DNA of 24,001 nt from a virus (taxonomy: Duplodnaviria; Caudoviricetes): positions 1 to 24,001 of IMG/VR virus record IMGVR_UViG_3300044674_002489; one strand, written 5' to 3'. The notes under the pieces are model-generated. The model searched no databases. It saw only the letters and a list, made by a program, of their open reading frames with translations, and was not told the DNA's origin. The first letter of the stretch is position 1; each line of letters starts with the position of its first letter. Below, piece by piece: positions 17,399 to 24,001 of the stretch. Position numbers and translations under genes: made by a program.

Positions 17399-17635
17399 AT
17401 GGGTCTCTTCGACGAGATCGCCGAGGAGCAGAAGGCGACGACCGCTAACCGCTGTGTCTTCCGTCGGCTCCGGGAGGAACTCTCCGACGAGGACTACGCG
17501 GACTTCGAGAAGGCGATCGCCGACTCGGCGATTACGAACGCGGCGATCTCTCGGGCGCTAAAGCGTCGGGGGATCAAGGCTGATCCGAAGGGGATCTCGT
17601 CGCATCGAAAGGGAGTCTGTGCCTGCGCTCGCTGA
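17399..17635 (+). CDS. Small HTH-like protein with Cys/His metal-binding motif
   Basis: NRC...ITNAAISRALKRRGI...ISSHRKGVCAC. Confidence 0.6.
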   Translation: MGLFDEIAEEQKATTANRCVFRRLREELSDEDYADFEKAIADSAITNAAISRALKRRGIKADPKGISSHRKGVCACAR

Positions 17636-18632
17636 CGAGTTCGAGTACGAGGAGCGGATCGCCGAACTCGAAGCGACGGCGACCCGGCTTCAGCGGCAAC
17701 TCGCGTCGGCGAAGGCGAAGACGTCGGACCTCGTCGAAGCGGTCTTCGCCGCGGCGAAAGACGCCGCGACCGTCGTCGGCACTCCGAAGCCCGTCCCGGT
17801 TCCGCCGCGCCGGAAGAAGAAGGGAGACCCGGAGGTCGCTCTCCTTCATCTGACCGATTGGCAACTTGGCAAGGAGACGTCGTCGTACGACTCCGACGTC
17901 GCCGTCGACCGGGTCCGGGCCGCGGTCGAGAAGACGGTCCGGCTCGCGGAGATCCAGCGAGCGGATCATCCGGTCGACGCGGCGGTCCTCCTCCTCGGAG
18001 GCGACCTCGTCGAGAACGTCTCGATCTTCCCCGGTCAGGCATACGAGGTTGACTCGACGGCGTTCTCGCAGATCTTCCGGGCGAGCGGCGTCGTCGAGGA
18101 AGTCGTCCTGACCCTCCTCGCGAACTTCCGCGAGGTCTCCGTCTTCGAGGTCGCGGGCAATCACGGACGGATCGGTCGGAAAGGGGACTCGCCGCGCGAG
18201 GATAATCTCGACCGGGTCGTCGGAAAGATCGCGCGGGACCGGCTCGCGTCGCAGCCGCGGCTCGACTGGCGCGAGCCCTCGTCGTGGTACGAGATCGTCG
18301 AGGTCGGGAACTACCGGGCTCTGCTCGTCCACGGCGATCAGATCAAGTCGTTCGGCGGGAACACTCCGGCGTTCGGGATCTCGCGGAAGGCGACCGCGTG
18401 GTCGTCCGGCGTCACCGAGCCCTGGGTCGACTGCTACCTCGGGCACTTCCATCAGTCGATGACGCTGACCCTCCCGAACGGCGGGCGCGTCTTCCTAACG
18501 CCGTCGACCGAGTCCGGATCCGAATACGCGCGGGAGTTCGTCGCCGCTCGCGGGAAGCCCGCGCAGCGACTTCACTTCATCCATCCCGAGCGCGGGATCG
18601 TCACCGGCGAGTACCTCCTCTGGCTCGACTAG
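17619..18632 (+). CDS. Calcineurin-like metallophosphoesterase with N-terminal coiled coil
   Basis: LTDWQLG, GGDLVE, AGNHGR, VHGD, LGHFH motifs in the expected order. Confidence 0.85.
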   Translation: MPALADEFEYEERIAELEATATRLQRQLASAKAKTSDLVEAVFAAAKDAATVVGTPKPVPVPPRRKKKGDPEVALLHLTDWQLGKETSSYDSDVAVDRVRAAVEKTVRLAEIQRADHPVDAAVLLLGGDLVENVSIFPGQAYEVDSTAFSQIFRASGVVEEVVLTLLANFREVSVFEVAGNHGRIGRKGDSPREDNLDRVVGKIARDRLASQPRLDWREPSSWYEIVEVGNYRALLVHGDQIKSFGGNTPAFGISRKATAWSSGVTEPWVDCYLGHFHQSMTLTLPNGGRVFLTPSTESGSEYAREFVAARGKPAQRLHFIHPERGIVTGEYLLWLD

Positions 18633-18642
18633 GTCCGCCCGC

Positions 18643-18672
18643 TGGACATCCGTCCGACGGTTGTAGTAGGGT
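18643..18672 (+). promoter_or_regulatory. Promoter P2: TGGACA-N18-TAGGGT
   Basis: Shares CTGGACATCCGTCCGACGGTT (21 nt) with P1. Confidence 0.75.
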
Positions 18673-18712
18673 TCCTCTCGTCAAGTAAACGACGTCACGG
18701 AGGACGATCGAA

Positions 18713-19162
18713 ATGAAGACCACCATCAAGCACCAGACGGAGACCGGGAAGATCGAGACCCGGAAGACCGAGCGCGAGTACACCCACGTCGTCGTCCGCC
18801 GCTACACCGTCGAGGAAGGCGGCGAGGCGCGGGCCGCGATCCTTCGCTCGATCGAGCGCATCGAGGCCGACCGCGCCTACGCGAAGAAGCACGCCGACGA
18901 GGCGAAGGACTACAACGGCACCCTCTACGTCACGCGCGGCTACAACCTCTACCGGGTCGACGACGACGCGTGGTACGACCGGGGCATCGCAAAGGAGCGC
19001 AAGCGGCTCGCGGCGGTCGAGGCGATGATCGAGCAGTACATCGTCGTCTCATGGCACAGCACCGCGGCGCTCGCGGCGAAGGCGGCAGACCGCATGATCG
19101 CGAAGGGCGTGACCGAGTGGAGGACCGTCAAGGTCGAGGAGGTCAACGGCGGCGAGCGGTAG
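18713..19162 (+). CDS. Hypothetical protein (149 aa), single-gene moron
   Basis: CACGGAGGAC leader, own promoter and terminator; no family recognised. Confidence 0.8.
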   Translation: MKTTIKHQTETGKIETRKTEREYTHVVVRRYTVEEGGEARAAILRSIERIEADRAYAKKHADEAKDYNGTLYVTRGYNLYRVDDDAWYDRGIAKERKRLAAVEAMIEQYIVVSWHSTAALAAKAADRMIAKGVTEWRTVKVEEVNGGER

Positions 19163-19187
19163 GCCGCGAGCCGATACCGAGCCGGGC

Positions 19188-19220
19188 CGACGGGCTCCCT
19201 CCGGGGAGCCCGTCGTCGTT
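19188..19220 (+). terminator. Hairpin terminator CGACGGGCTCCC-TCCG-GGGAGCCCGTCG
   Basis: Perfect 12-bp stem, TCCG loop, followed by TCGTT. Confidence 0.72.
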
Positions 19221-19226
19221 CCGGGC

Positions 19227-19256
19227 TAGACATCCGTCCGGCTCCTCGTCTAAGGT
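19227..19256 (+). promoter_or_regulatory. Promoter P3: TAGACA-N18-TAAGGT
   Basis: Shares GACATCCGTCCG with P1 and P2; heads the exonuclease operon. Confidence 0.72.
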
Positions 19257-19291
19257 GCCCGGACCTAAGTCGTACGGAGAAAGGAAACCGA

Positions 19292-19423
19292 ATGAAGACC
19301 GACCGAGATCGCAGCCGCGCGTCGCGCGGGCTCCTCGGGTTTATGCTCGGGCTCGTCCTCGCGAGTTGGCTCGCCGGGGACGTCGGCCCGACCGTCGAAG
19401 GACTCGGGAGGCTCCTGCCATGA
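19292..19423 (+). CDS. Small membrane protein (43 aa)
   Basis: GAAAGGA SD; MKTDRDRSRASRGLLGFMLGLVLASWLAGDVGPTVEGLGRLLP*; ATGA-coupled to the exonuclease; below the ORF-track size cutoff. Confidence 0.6.
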   Translation: MKTDRDRSRASRGLLGFMLGLVLASWLAGDVGPTVEGLGRLLP

Positions 19424-20241
19424 CCGAGTCGAAGAAGCCGATCACGTCGGACGCGGAGAAGTTCCGGAAGACGACCCGCGACGGGCGGACGTACGCCTGG
19501 GGCGACGAGTCGTTCTACTCGGTGACGAGTCAACTCTCGGCGCTCGGCAAGCCCTGGCTCGGAGCCTGGGCCGCGAAGATGGTCGCCGAGTACGCGGTCG
19601 AGTACCGCGACGAATGGCAGACGCTGCCGAAGGCCGGAGCGGTCCGGCTCCTAAAGGGAGCGCCGTGGGAGAAGCGCGACGCGGCGGGGAACCTCGGGAC
19701 GGCGGTTCACGACGCGATCGAGGCGGCGGTCCTCGGGCAGTCGAGGCCGGACTACCCGGCCGACGTCGCTCCGAGGATGGCGCACTTCGATCGCTTCGTC
19801 GCGGACTACCGCCCGAAGTGGCTCGCCTCCGAGGCCGCGGTCTTCTCGCGCAAGTACCGCTACGCCGGGACACTCGACGCGATCGTCGAGATCGGGGACG
19901 AGACGCTCCTCCTCGACGTCAAGACGTCGAAGGCCGTCTATCCGGAGTACGCGCTCCAACTCGCGGCGTACCGGCACGCGGAGTTCCTCGGGCTCCCGGA
20001 CGGGAGCGAGGCGGAGATCCCGGCGACCGACGGCGCGGCGGTCCTTCACATCACGCCGGACGACTACCGGCTGATCCGGGTCCGCGCCGACGAGGAGATC
20101 TTCCGCTACTTCCTCTACGTCTCGCAGTGCTTCCGCTGGATGCGCGAGACCTCGAAGACGGCGATCCTCGACGCGGTCCCGGTCCCGGCCGCGAGCGCGG
20201 TCGAGCGGATCAAGGACGAGTTCGACGGGGAGGAGATCTGA
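19420..20241 (+). CDS. PD-(D/E)XK (RecB/Cas4-like) phage exonuclease
   Basis: Start at ATG 19420; YSVTSQL, GTAVHDAIE, SE, YAGTLDAIV, LLDVKTSK, ALQLAAY. Confidence 0.88.
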   Translation: MTESKKPITSDAEKFRKTTRDGRTYAWGDESFYSVTSQLSALGKPWLGAWAAKMVAEYAVEYRDEWQTLPKAGAVRLLKGAPWEKRDAAGNLGTAVHDAIEAAVLGQSRPDYPADVAPRMAHFDRFVADYRPKWLASEAAVFSRKYRYAGTLDAIVEIGDETLLLDVKTSKAVYPEYALQLAAYRHAEFLGLPDGSEAEIPATDGAAVLHITPDDYRLIRVRADEEIFRYFLYVSQCFRWMRETSKTAILDAVPVPAASAVERIKDEFDGEEI

Positions 20242-21230
20242 TGGGCATCGTTGACATCCAGCGGAGGTTCCACGAGGTCGGGAGGATCCGCGCCGGGGCG
20301 AAGTCGGACCGCGGCGCTCCGAAGAAACTCGAAGCGTGGCGACTGACCTCCGCGAACCGGGCGGCGCTCGAAGCCGCCGCCGCGGTCTACGGCGGAGTCG
20401 TCCGGCCGTGGGACGACGCGCCGACGCCGGGGCAGTACGAACTCTTCACGGAGGTCTCGTCGCTCGACGCGGTCATCCCGCCGACGGCCGAGCCCTACTC
20501 GCTCTGGTACGAGTCGTGGTCCGGAGGAGGAGCCGACCATCGCTGCGACGGCGTACGCGATCTGCTGAACGACGCTCCCTGTTCCTGCGACCCGGAGAAC
20601 CGTCGCTGCAAGCCGACGCTCCGGGTCTCCGTCATGCTGACGAAGATCCCCGGCCTCGGAGTCTGGCGATACGAGTCCCACGGATGGAACGCCGCCGTCG
20701 AAGTCCCGACGATGCTCGACCTCCTCGCGCTCGGGGCGAAGAACGGAGCGTTCGTCCCGGCGACCCTCCGGCTAGAGCAAAGGGTCTCGCGGAAGAAGGG
20801 AGAGGGGACTCGCCGGTACGCGGTCCCGGTCATCGACATACAGGAGACGGCCGGAGACTTTACGGCGACGATCTCGTCCGGCGATCCGATCCCGCCGCCG
20901 CGCTCGATCGCGAGCCCGGCGCGGAAGGAGATCGGCTCCGGGCTCGACGAGCCGCTCCTCGTTCCCGGCGACGAGGATCTCGTCGGCCCGATCGTCGAAC
21001 GGGCGGAAGCCCTCGGCGTCGACGTCGCTCTCCTCCCGCGGATCTACTCGCTCGTCGTCGACCGGCCGGGCTCGAAGATCGAGGACGTCCGGGAAGACGA
21101 GGTCGATAGGCTCCTCCGGTCGATCGAGAAGATCGCGGAGGATCTCCCGGCCGCGATCGCGAAGATCGAGGAGTACGAGCGAGCGACGTCGGCGTTCGGC
21201 GACGCTCCGGAGATCGAGGAGGAAGCATGA
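20241..21230 (+). CDS. phiC31 gp3-like (recombination directionality factor-like) protein
   Basis: Start at ATG 20241 (TGATG); DIQRRFHEVGRIRAG, WRLTS, AAVYGG, WSGGG..HRCDG, CKPTLRVSVML, GVWRYESHGWNAAVE. Confidence 0.75.
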   Translation: MGIVDIQRRFHEVGRIRAGAKSDRGAPKKLEAWRLTSANRAALEAAAAVYGGVVRPWDDAPTPGQYELFTEVSSLDAVIPPTAEPYSLWYESWSGGGADHRCDGVRDLLNDAPCSCDPENRRCKPTLRVSVMLTKIPGLGVWRYESHGWNAAVEVPTMLDLLALGAKNGAFVPATLRLEQRVSRKKGEGTRRYAVPVIDIQETAGDFTATISSGDPIPPPRSIASPARKEIGSGLDEPLLVPGDEDLVGPIVERAEALGVDVALLPRIYSLVVDRPGSKIEDVREDEVDRLLRSIEKIAEDLPAAIAKIEEYERATSAFGDAPEIEEEA

Positions 21231-21517
21231 GCACGATCGCGCCAACCGAAGACGCTTGGCCGCGGATCCGGGCCGAACTCTCCCCGGCGTACGCCGAACT
21301 CGTCCGGCTCGTCGGCTCGCCCGACATACGGACGGCGGCGTTCGTCGAGATGCTCGAAGCCCGCTATCGGAACGGCGAGCGTCTCTACCGCCGCGAGTGG
21401 CTCGACTGGGTCGACTCCTCGCGGTTCGATAACGAGGTCGTCCAGGAGATCGGCGACGGCGTTCTCTACATCGCGATGCGCCGAGTCCGGCATCCCGACG
21501 CGACGGGTCTCGCATGA
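21227..21517 (+). CDS. Hypothetical protein, possibly all-alpha NTP-pyrophosphatase (MazG-superfamily-like)
   Basis: R..NG.R.Y followed by EVVQEIGDGVLY, resembling an E-xx-E-xx-D helix; coupled at both ends. Confidence 0.45.
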   Translation: MSTIAPTEDAWPRIRAELSPAYAELVRLVGSPDIRTAAFVEMLEARYRNGERLYRREWLDWVDSSRFDNEVVQEIGDGVLYIAMRRVRHPDATGLA

Positions 21518-21990
21518 ACGGGCGAGCGGCGGTCCTCTTCTGGGGAGCGATCATCGTCGGCTTCCTCCTCCTATTCGCCTTCCGCGCGGACGGAGCCGGG
21601 AAGAGGCGACCCTGCTACCTACACGAAGGGAAGGCGAAGGCTCTCTGCCTCTCCGCGTACTGGGCGAAGCGGCAGCGCGACGCGATGAAGTTCCCGCCGA
21701 ACCCGACGCGGCGCGACGTCGCGAAGCGCGTCCCGGACTGGCGCGGCTTCGTCCGGCTCGGCCGGTGCGAGCAGCCGGGCTACTCGAAGTACGGCGACGG
21801 AGTCCGATGGGCGCACTCCGGCCCGACCTGGGGTGGTGGTCTCGGGATCTACCGCTCGACCTGGTACGCGGCCCGGAGTCCCTACCGGCTCTGGTCCGGC
21901 GATAAGTGGGAGACGATCCTCGTCGCCGACGCGATCCGCGATCGCTTCGGGATCACGGCGTGGGGTGCCCACCGCTGCTTCTACGGGTAG
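21514..21990 (+). CDS. Membrane-anchored/secreted Rpf-like lytic transglycosylase
   Basis: N-terminal hydrophobic helix; LGRCE, GGGLGIYRSTW, WETILVADAIRDRFGITAWGAHRC match the Rpf pattern LAxCE...GGLQF..STW...QI.VA...G.GAWPxC. Confidence 0.72.
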   Translation: MNGRAAVLFWGAIIVGFLLLFAFRADGAGKRRPCYLHEGKAKALCLSAYWAKRQRDAMKFPPNPTRRDVAKRVPDWRGFVRLGRCEQPGYSKYGDGVRWAHSGPTWGGGLGIYRSTWYAARSPYRLWSGDKWETILVADAIRDRFGITAWGAHRCFYG

Positions 21991-21996
21991 GCCGGA

Positions 21997-22296
21997 ATGG
22001 GGATCGTCGACGACGAGTGCATCATCTGCGGCGCGGCGATCCCCGCTCCCGGTCCGAATAAGATGACCTGCTCGTCGGAATGCTCCGACGAACTGACACG
22101 AGTACGGAGGAGGCAACGCTCGATGAGACTCCGCGGGGAGCGTTACCCGGAAGACCCGGACGACCCGCTCTCGGCTCCGCGCCGATGCGTAGTCTGCCGA
22201 GCCCGGCTCTCTCTCTACAACCGCGGACGGTACTGCAACCCCTGCTGGTCGGGCTTCTCCCCGGCCGAGCGTCATAGGATCGGAGGGAACGGATGA
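21997..22296 (+). CDS. Cys-rich double zinc-finger protein
   Basis: CIIC, CSSEC, CVVC, CNPC with a basic linker. Confidence 0.7.
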   Translation: MGIVDDECIICGAAIPAPGPNKMTCSSECSDELTRVRRRQRSMRLRGERYPEDPDDPLSAPRRCVVCRARLSLYNRGRYCNPCWSGFSPAERHRIGGNG

Positions 22297-22781
22297 AGAC
22301 GCCGGTCATACTCGGGCTCGACGCGCAGATGCCGGGGATCGGCTTTGGCGTGCTCGACGCGCGGAACGGCGAGGCGCTCCTCGCCGGGTGGACCGCGATC
22401 GAACGCGACGGCTGGTACGAGACGAACGCTCACGCGGCGCTCTCGAACGCGAGGGTCGTCGAGCGAGGCTGGCGGATCGCGCAGGTCGTCGTCGAGCGAG
22501 TCGGCGGGGGGAAGGGGATTCAGTCGATGCTCCGGGTCGCCGACGCCGCGGGGATCGTCGCCGGTATCGCGACCGTCCTCTGGCCGGACGCTCCGCTCTG
22601 GCGACCGACGCCGGGCGAATGGAAGAAGGGCTCGGGTCTGAAGGGGAACGCCTCGAAGGACGACGTCCGGGCTCTCGCTCTCGACCTCTACCCGGAGGGA
22701 GAGGAGGTCCGGCAGGACGGGCTCGACGCTCTCCTGATGGCCTACGCCGCCTACCGGGCGAACGTCGAGGCGATCTCGTAA
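22293..22781 (+). CDS. RuvC-like Holliday junction resolvase
   Basis: ILGLD, VVVE, PGEWKK, GNASK, DGLDA acidic catalytic pattern. Confidence 0.82.
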   Translation: MKTPVILGLDAQMPGIGFGVLDARNGEALLAGWTAIERDGWYETNAHAALSNARVVERGWRIAQVVVERVGGGKGIQSMLRVADAAGIVAGIATVLWPDAPLWRPTPGEWKKGSGLKGNASKDDVRALALDLYPEGEEVRQDGLDALLMAYAAYRANVEAIS

Positions 22782-22807
22782 CTACAACGGCACGGAGGCC
22801 GTAGACG

Positions 22808-23443
22808 ATGAAGGAACTGACAGGCAAGTGGCAAGGGTCGGAGATCCTCCGGCCGTATCTCGTCTCGATCGGCGACCTCCGCGATGGTCCCGGAGGCGCG
22901 AGCGGCGATCCCGCTCGGATCAAGCAGGCGCTCGTCGAGAGCGGCCAGGTCCGGCCGGTACTCGTCGCGGAGAACGGAGTCGACGTCGTCGCTCGTCAGC
23001 ACCTGCTGACGGCCGCTCGCGAACTCGGCTGGACACACATCGCCGTCCGGCTGAAGGTCGCCGAGGAACTCGTCGAGTCGGCGGATCAGATGACGTTCCT
23101 CGACGCTCCCTCCGACGGCGGAGTCTCGAAGGAACTCGTCGAGGCTCTCGGTGCCAGGAAGGGAGAGGCCGACGACGAGGAGATCGACGAGATCAACGCG
23201 GCGTCGAAGGACGCCGATCACGAATGGGTCGGGCTCCCGGAGTTCCTCCCGGCAACGGAGTCCTACAAGGTCGTCATCTCCTGCGAGACGGAGGAGGACC
23301 GCGACGCTCTCTTCGACGTCCTCGGGATCGCGACGATCCACAAGGGGACGCGCGGCACGCTCTCCGTCTGGTGGCCCGACCGGGCGAAGAAGGATCTCGC
23401 CTCGCTCCGGTTCGTCGTCGACCGCGAGGAGTCGCGATCATGA
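22808..23443 (+). CDS. Degenerate ParB/Srx-like N-terminal domain fused to a small C-terminal domain
   Basis: VSIGDL...IKQALVESGQVRPVLV...AARELGWTHIAV; C-terminus EWVGLPEF...ETEEDR...SVWWP. Confidence 0.65.
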   Translation: MKELTGKWQGSEILRPYLVSIGDLRDGPGGASGDPARIKQALVESGQVRPVLVAENGVDVVARQHLLTAARELGWTHIAVRLKVAEELVESADQMTFLDAPSDGGVSKELVEALGARKGEADDEEIDEINAASKDADHEWVGLPEFLPATESYKVVISCETEEDRDALFDVLGIATIHKGTRGTLSVWWPDRAKKDLASLRFVVDREESRS

Positions 23444-24001
23444 GCGCTGGGTCATACGTCGAGCATGTTCAGGGCGGAGGAGTTCCCGGAGGTCATCGAG
23501 TGATCGGGAAGATCCGGTCCGACGGGTCGAAGTCGCGTCCGTTCATCACGCCGATGAGGGAGTGCAATAGCATCGCGCTGCGGTATACGGACGTCGTCGT
23601 CGACATAGGCGCGTACGTCGGAACGTACGCGATCAAGGCGGCTCGGTTTCCGGTGCGCCGAGTTACCGCCTACGAGCCGACGCCGTCGACGTTCGAGATC
23701 CTCTCTAGCGTGACGCTTCCGAATCTCGTGCCTGTTCGGGCGGCTATCGTCGGCGACGATCGCTACGAGGTCGATCTATTCGTCTCGTCCGGTATCGGCG
23801 TGACGAATAGCACGACCGCGTCTTACCGCAAAGAGACGACGGTTCGGGTTCCGGCTATCTCGTATACCGAAGCGGTCGCCGGAGCGACGATCGTGAAGAT
23901 CGACGTCGAGGGAGGTGAGTACGAGTATCCGATCGTCCAGCCCGGACTCCGTGCAATCATCCTGGACTTCCATCCGGTTACGGATCGCGACTGGGTGAGC
24001 G
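23440..24001 (+). CDS. FkbM-family SAM-dependent methyltransferase (partial, runs off the window)
   Basis: Hand translation from ATG 23440: VVVDIGAYVGTY, VTAYEP, IVKIDVEGGEY, IILDFH; no stop before the window end. Confidence 0.85.
   Translation, partial: MSAGSYVEHVQGGGVPGGHRVIGKIRSDGSKSRPFITPMRECNSIALRYTDVVVDIGAYVGTYAIKAARFPVRRVTAYEPTPSTFEILSSVTLPNLVPVRAAIVGDDRYEVDLFVSSGIGVTNSTTASYRKETTVRVPAISYTEAVAGATIVKIDVEGGEYEYPIVQPGLRAIILDFHPVTDRDWVS

Noticed and set aside
18970-19419. N-terminal extension of the exonuclease ORF in the track
   Set aside because: Overlaps the moron gene, terminator and P3; the coupled ATG at 19420 is the better start.
19614-20240. N-terminal extension of the gp3-like ORF
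   Set aside because: Overlaps the exonuclease; family-like sequence begins at ATG 20241.
19420-20241. Cas4 as part of a CRISPR system
   Set aside because: Lacks the Cas4 four-Cys Fe-S pattern and any CRISPR context; it is a standard phage exonuclease.
119-23973. Many long minus-strand and alternate-frame ORFs (e.g. 2288-3595, 4891-6252, 9818-11125)
   Set aside because: Shadow ORFs expected from high GC and scarce stop codons; R/P/S-rich, no motifs, and fully overlapping well-supported + strand genes.
1-24001. Stop-codon reassignment or introns/inteins
   Set aside because: All three stop codons end genes at sensible coupled junctions, and terminase, portal and capsid are uninterrupted and of normal length.
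1-24001. Calling the element an integrated prophage
   Set aside because: No integrase, att site, repressor or host genes are in the window; lifestyle cannot be determined.

Overview
This high-GC window (about 68-70% by eye) is an almost entirely + strand, tightly packed segment of a siphovirus-type tailed phage or prophage. The host is probably a high-GC Actinomycetota (inferred from GC content, an Rpf-like gene and U-less hairpin terminators). Gene order: 3' end of an upstream gene, terminase large subunit, a two-gene moron, HK97-type portal, a multidomain prohead protease, major capsid, head-tail/neck genes, tail tube, a -1 frameshifted tail chaperone, tape measure, minor tail and short fibre genes, lysis genes (CHAP endolysin, holin), HTH plus metallophosphoesterase, and a second moron. 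An early/middle operon follows: PD-(D/E)XK exonuclease, phiC31-gp3-like protein, Rpf-like lysozyme, zinc finger, RuvC-like resolvase, ParB-like protein and a FkbM-type methyltransferase running off the end. Standout observations: (1) a HiPIP-like four-Cys Fe-S domain inside the prohead protease; (2) self-contained accessory cassettes sharing one promoter family (T(G/A)GACA-N18-TAnnnT with a conserved spacer), a repeated translational leader and one terminator family; (3) a stand-alone membrane-anchored Rpf-like gene; (4) a likely DNA-modification module alongside strong CA/TG depletion and AGCT/CTCGAG avoidance; (5) an SSB-like DDADIPF tail on the gene upstream of terL. All protein calls come from motif recognition by eye; no database searches were run.
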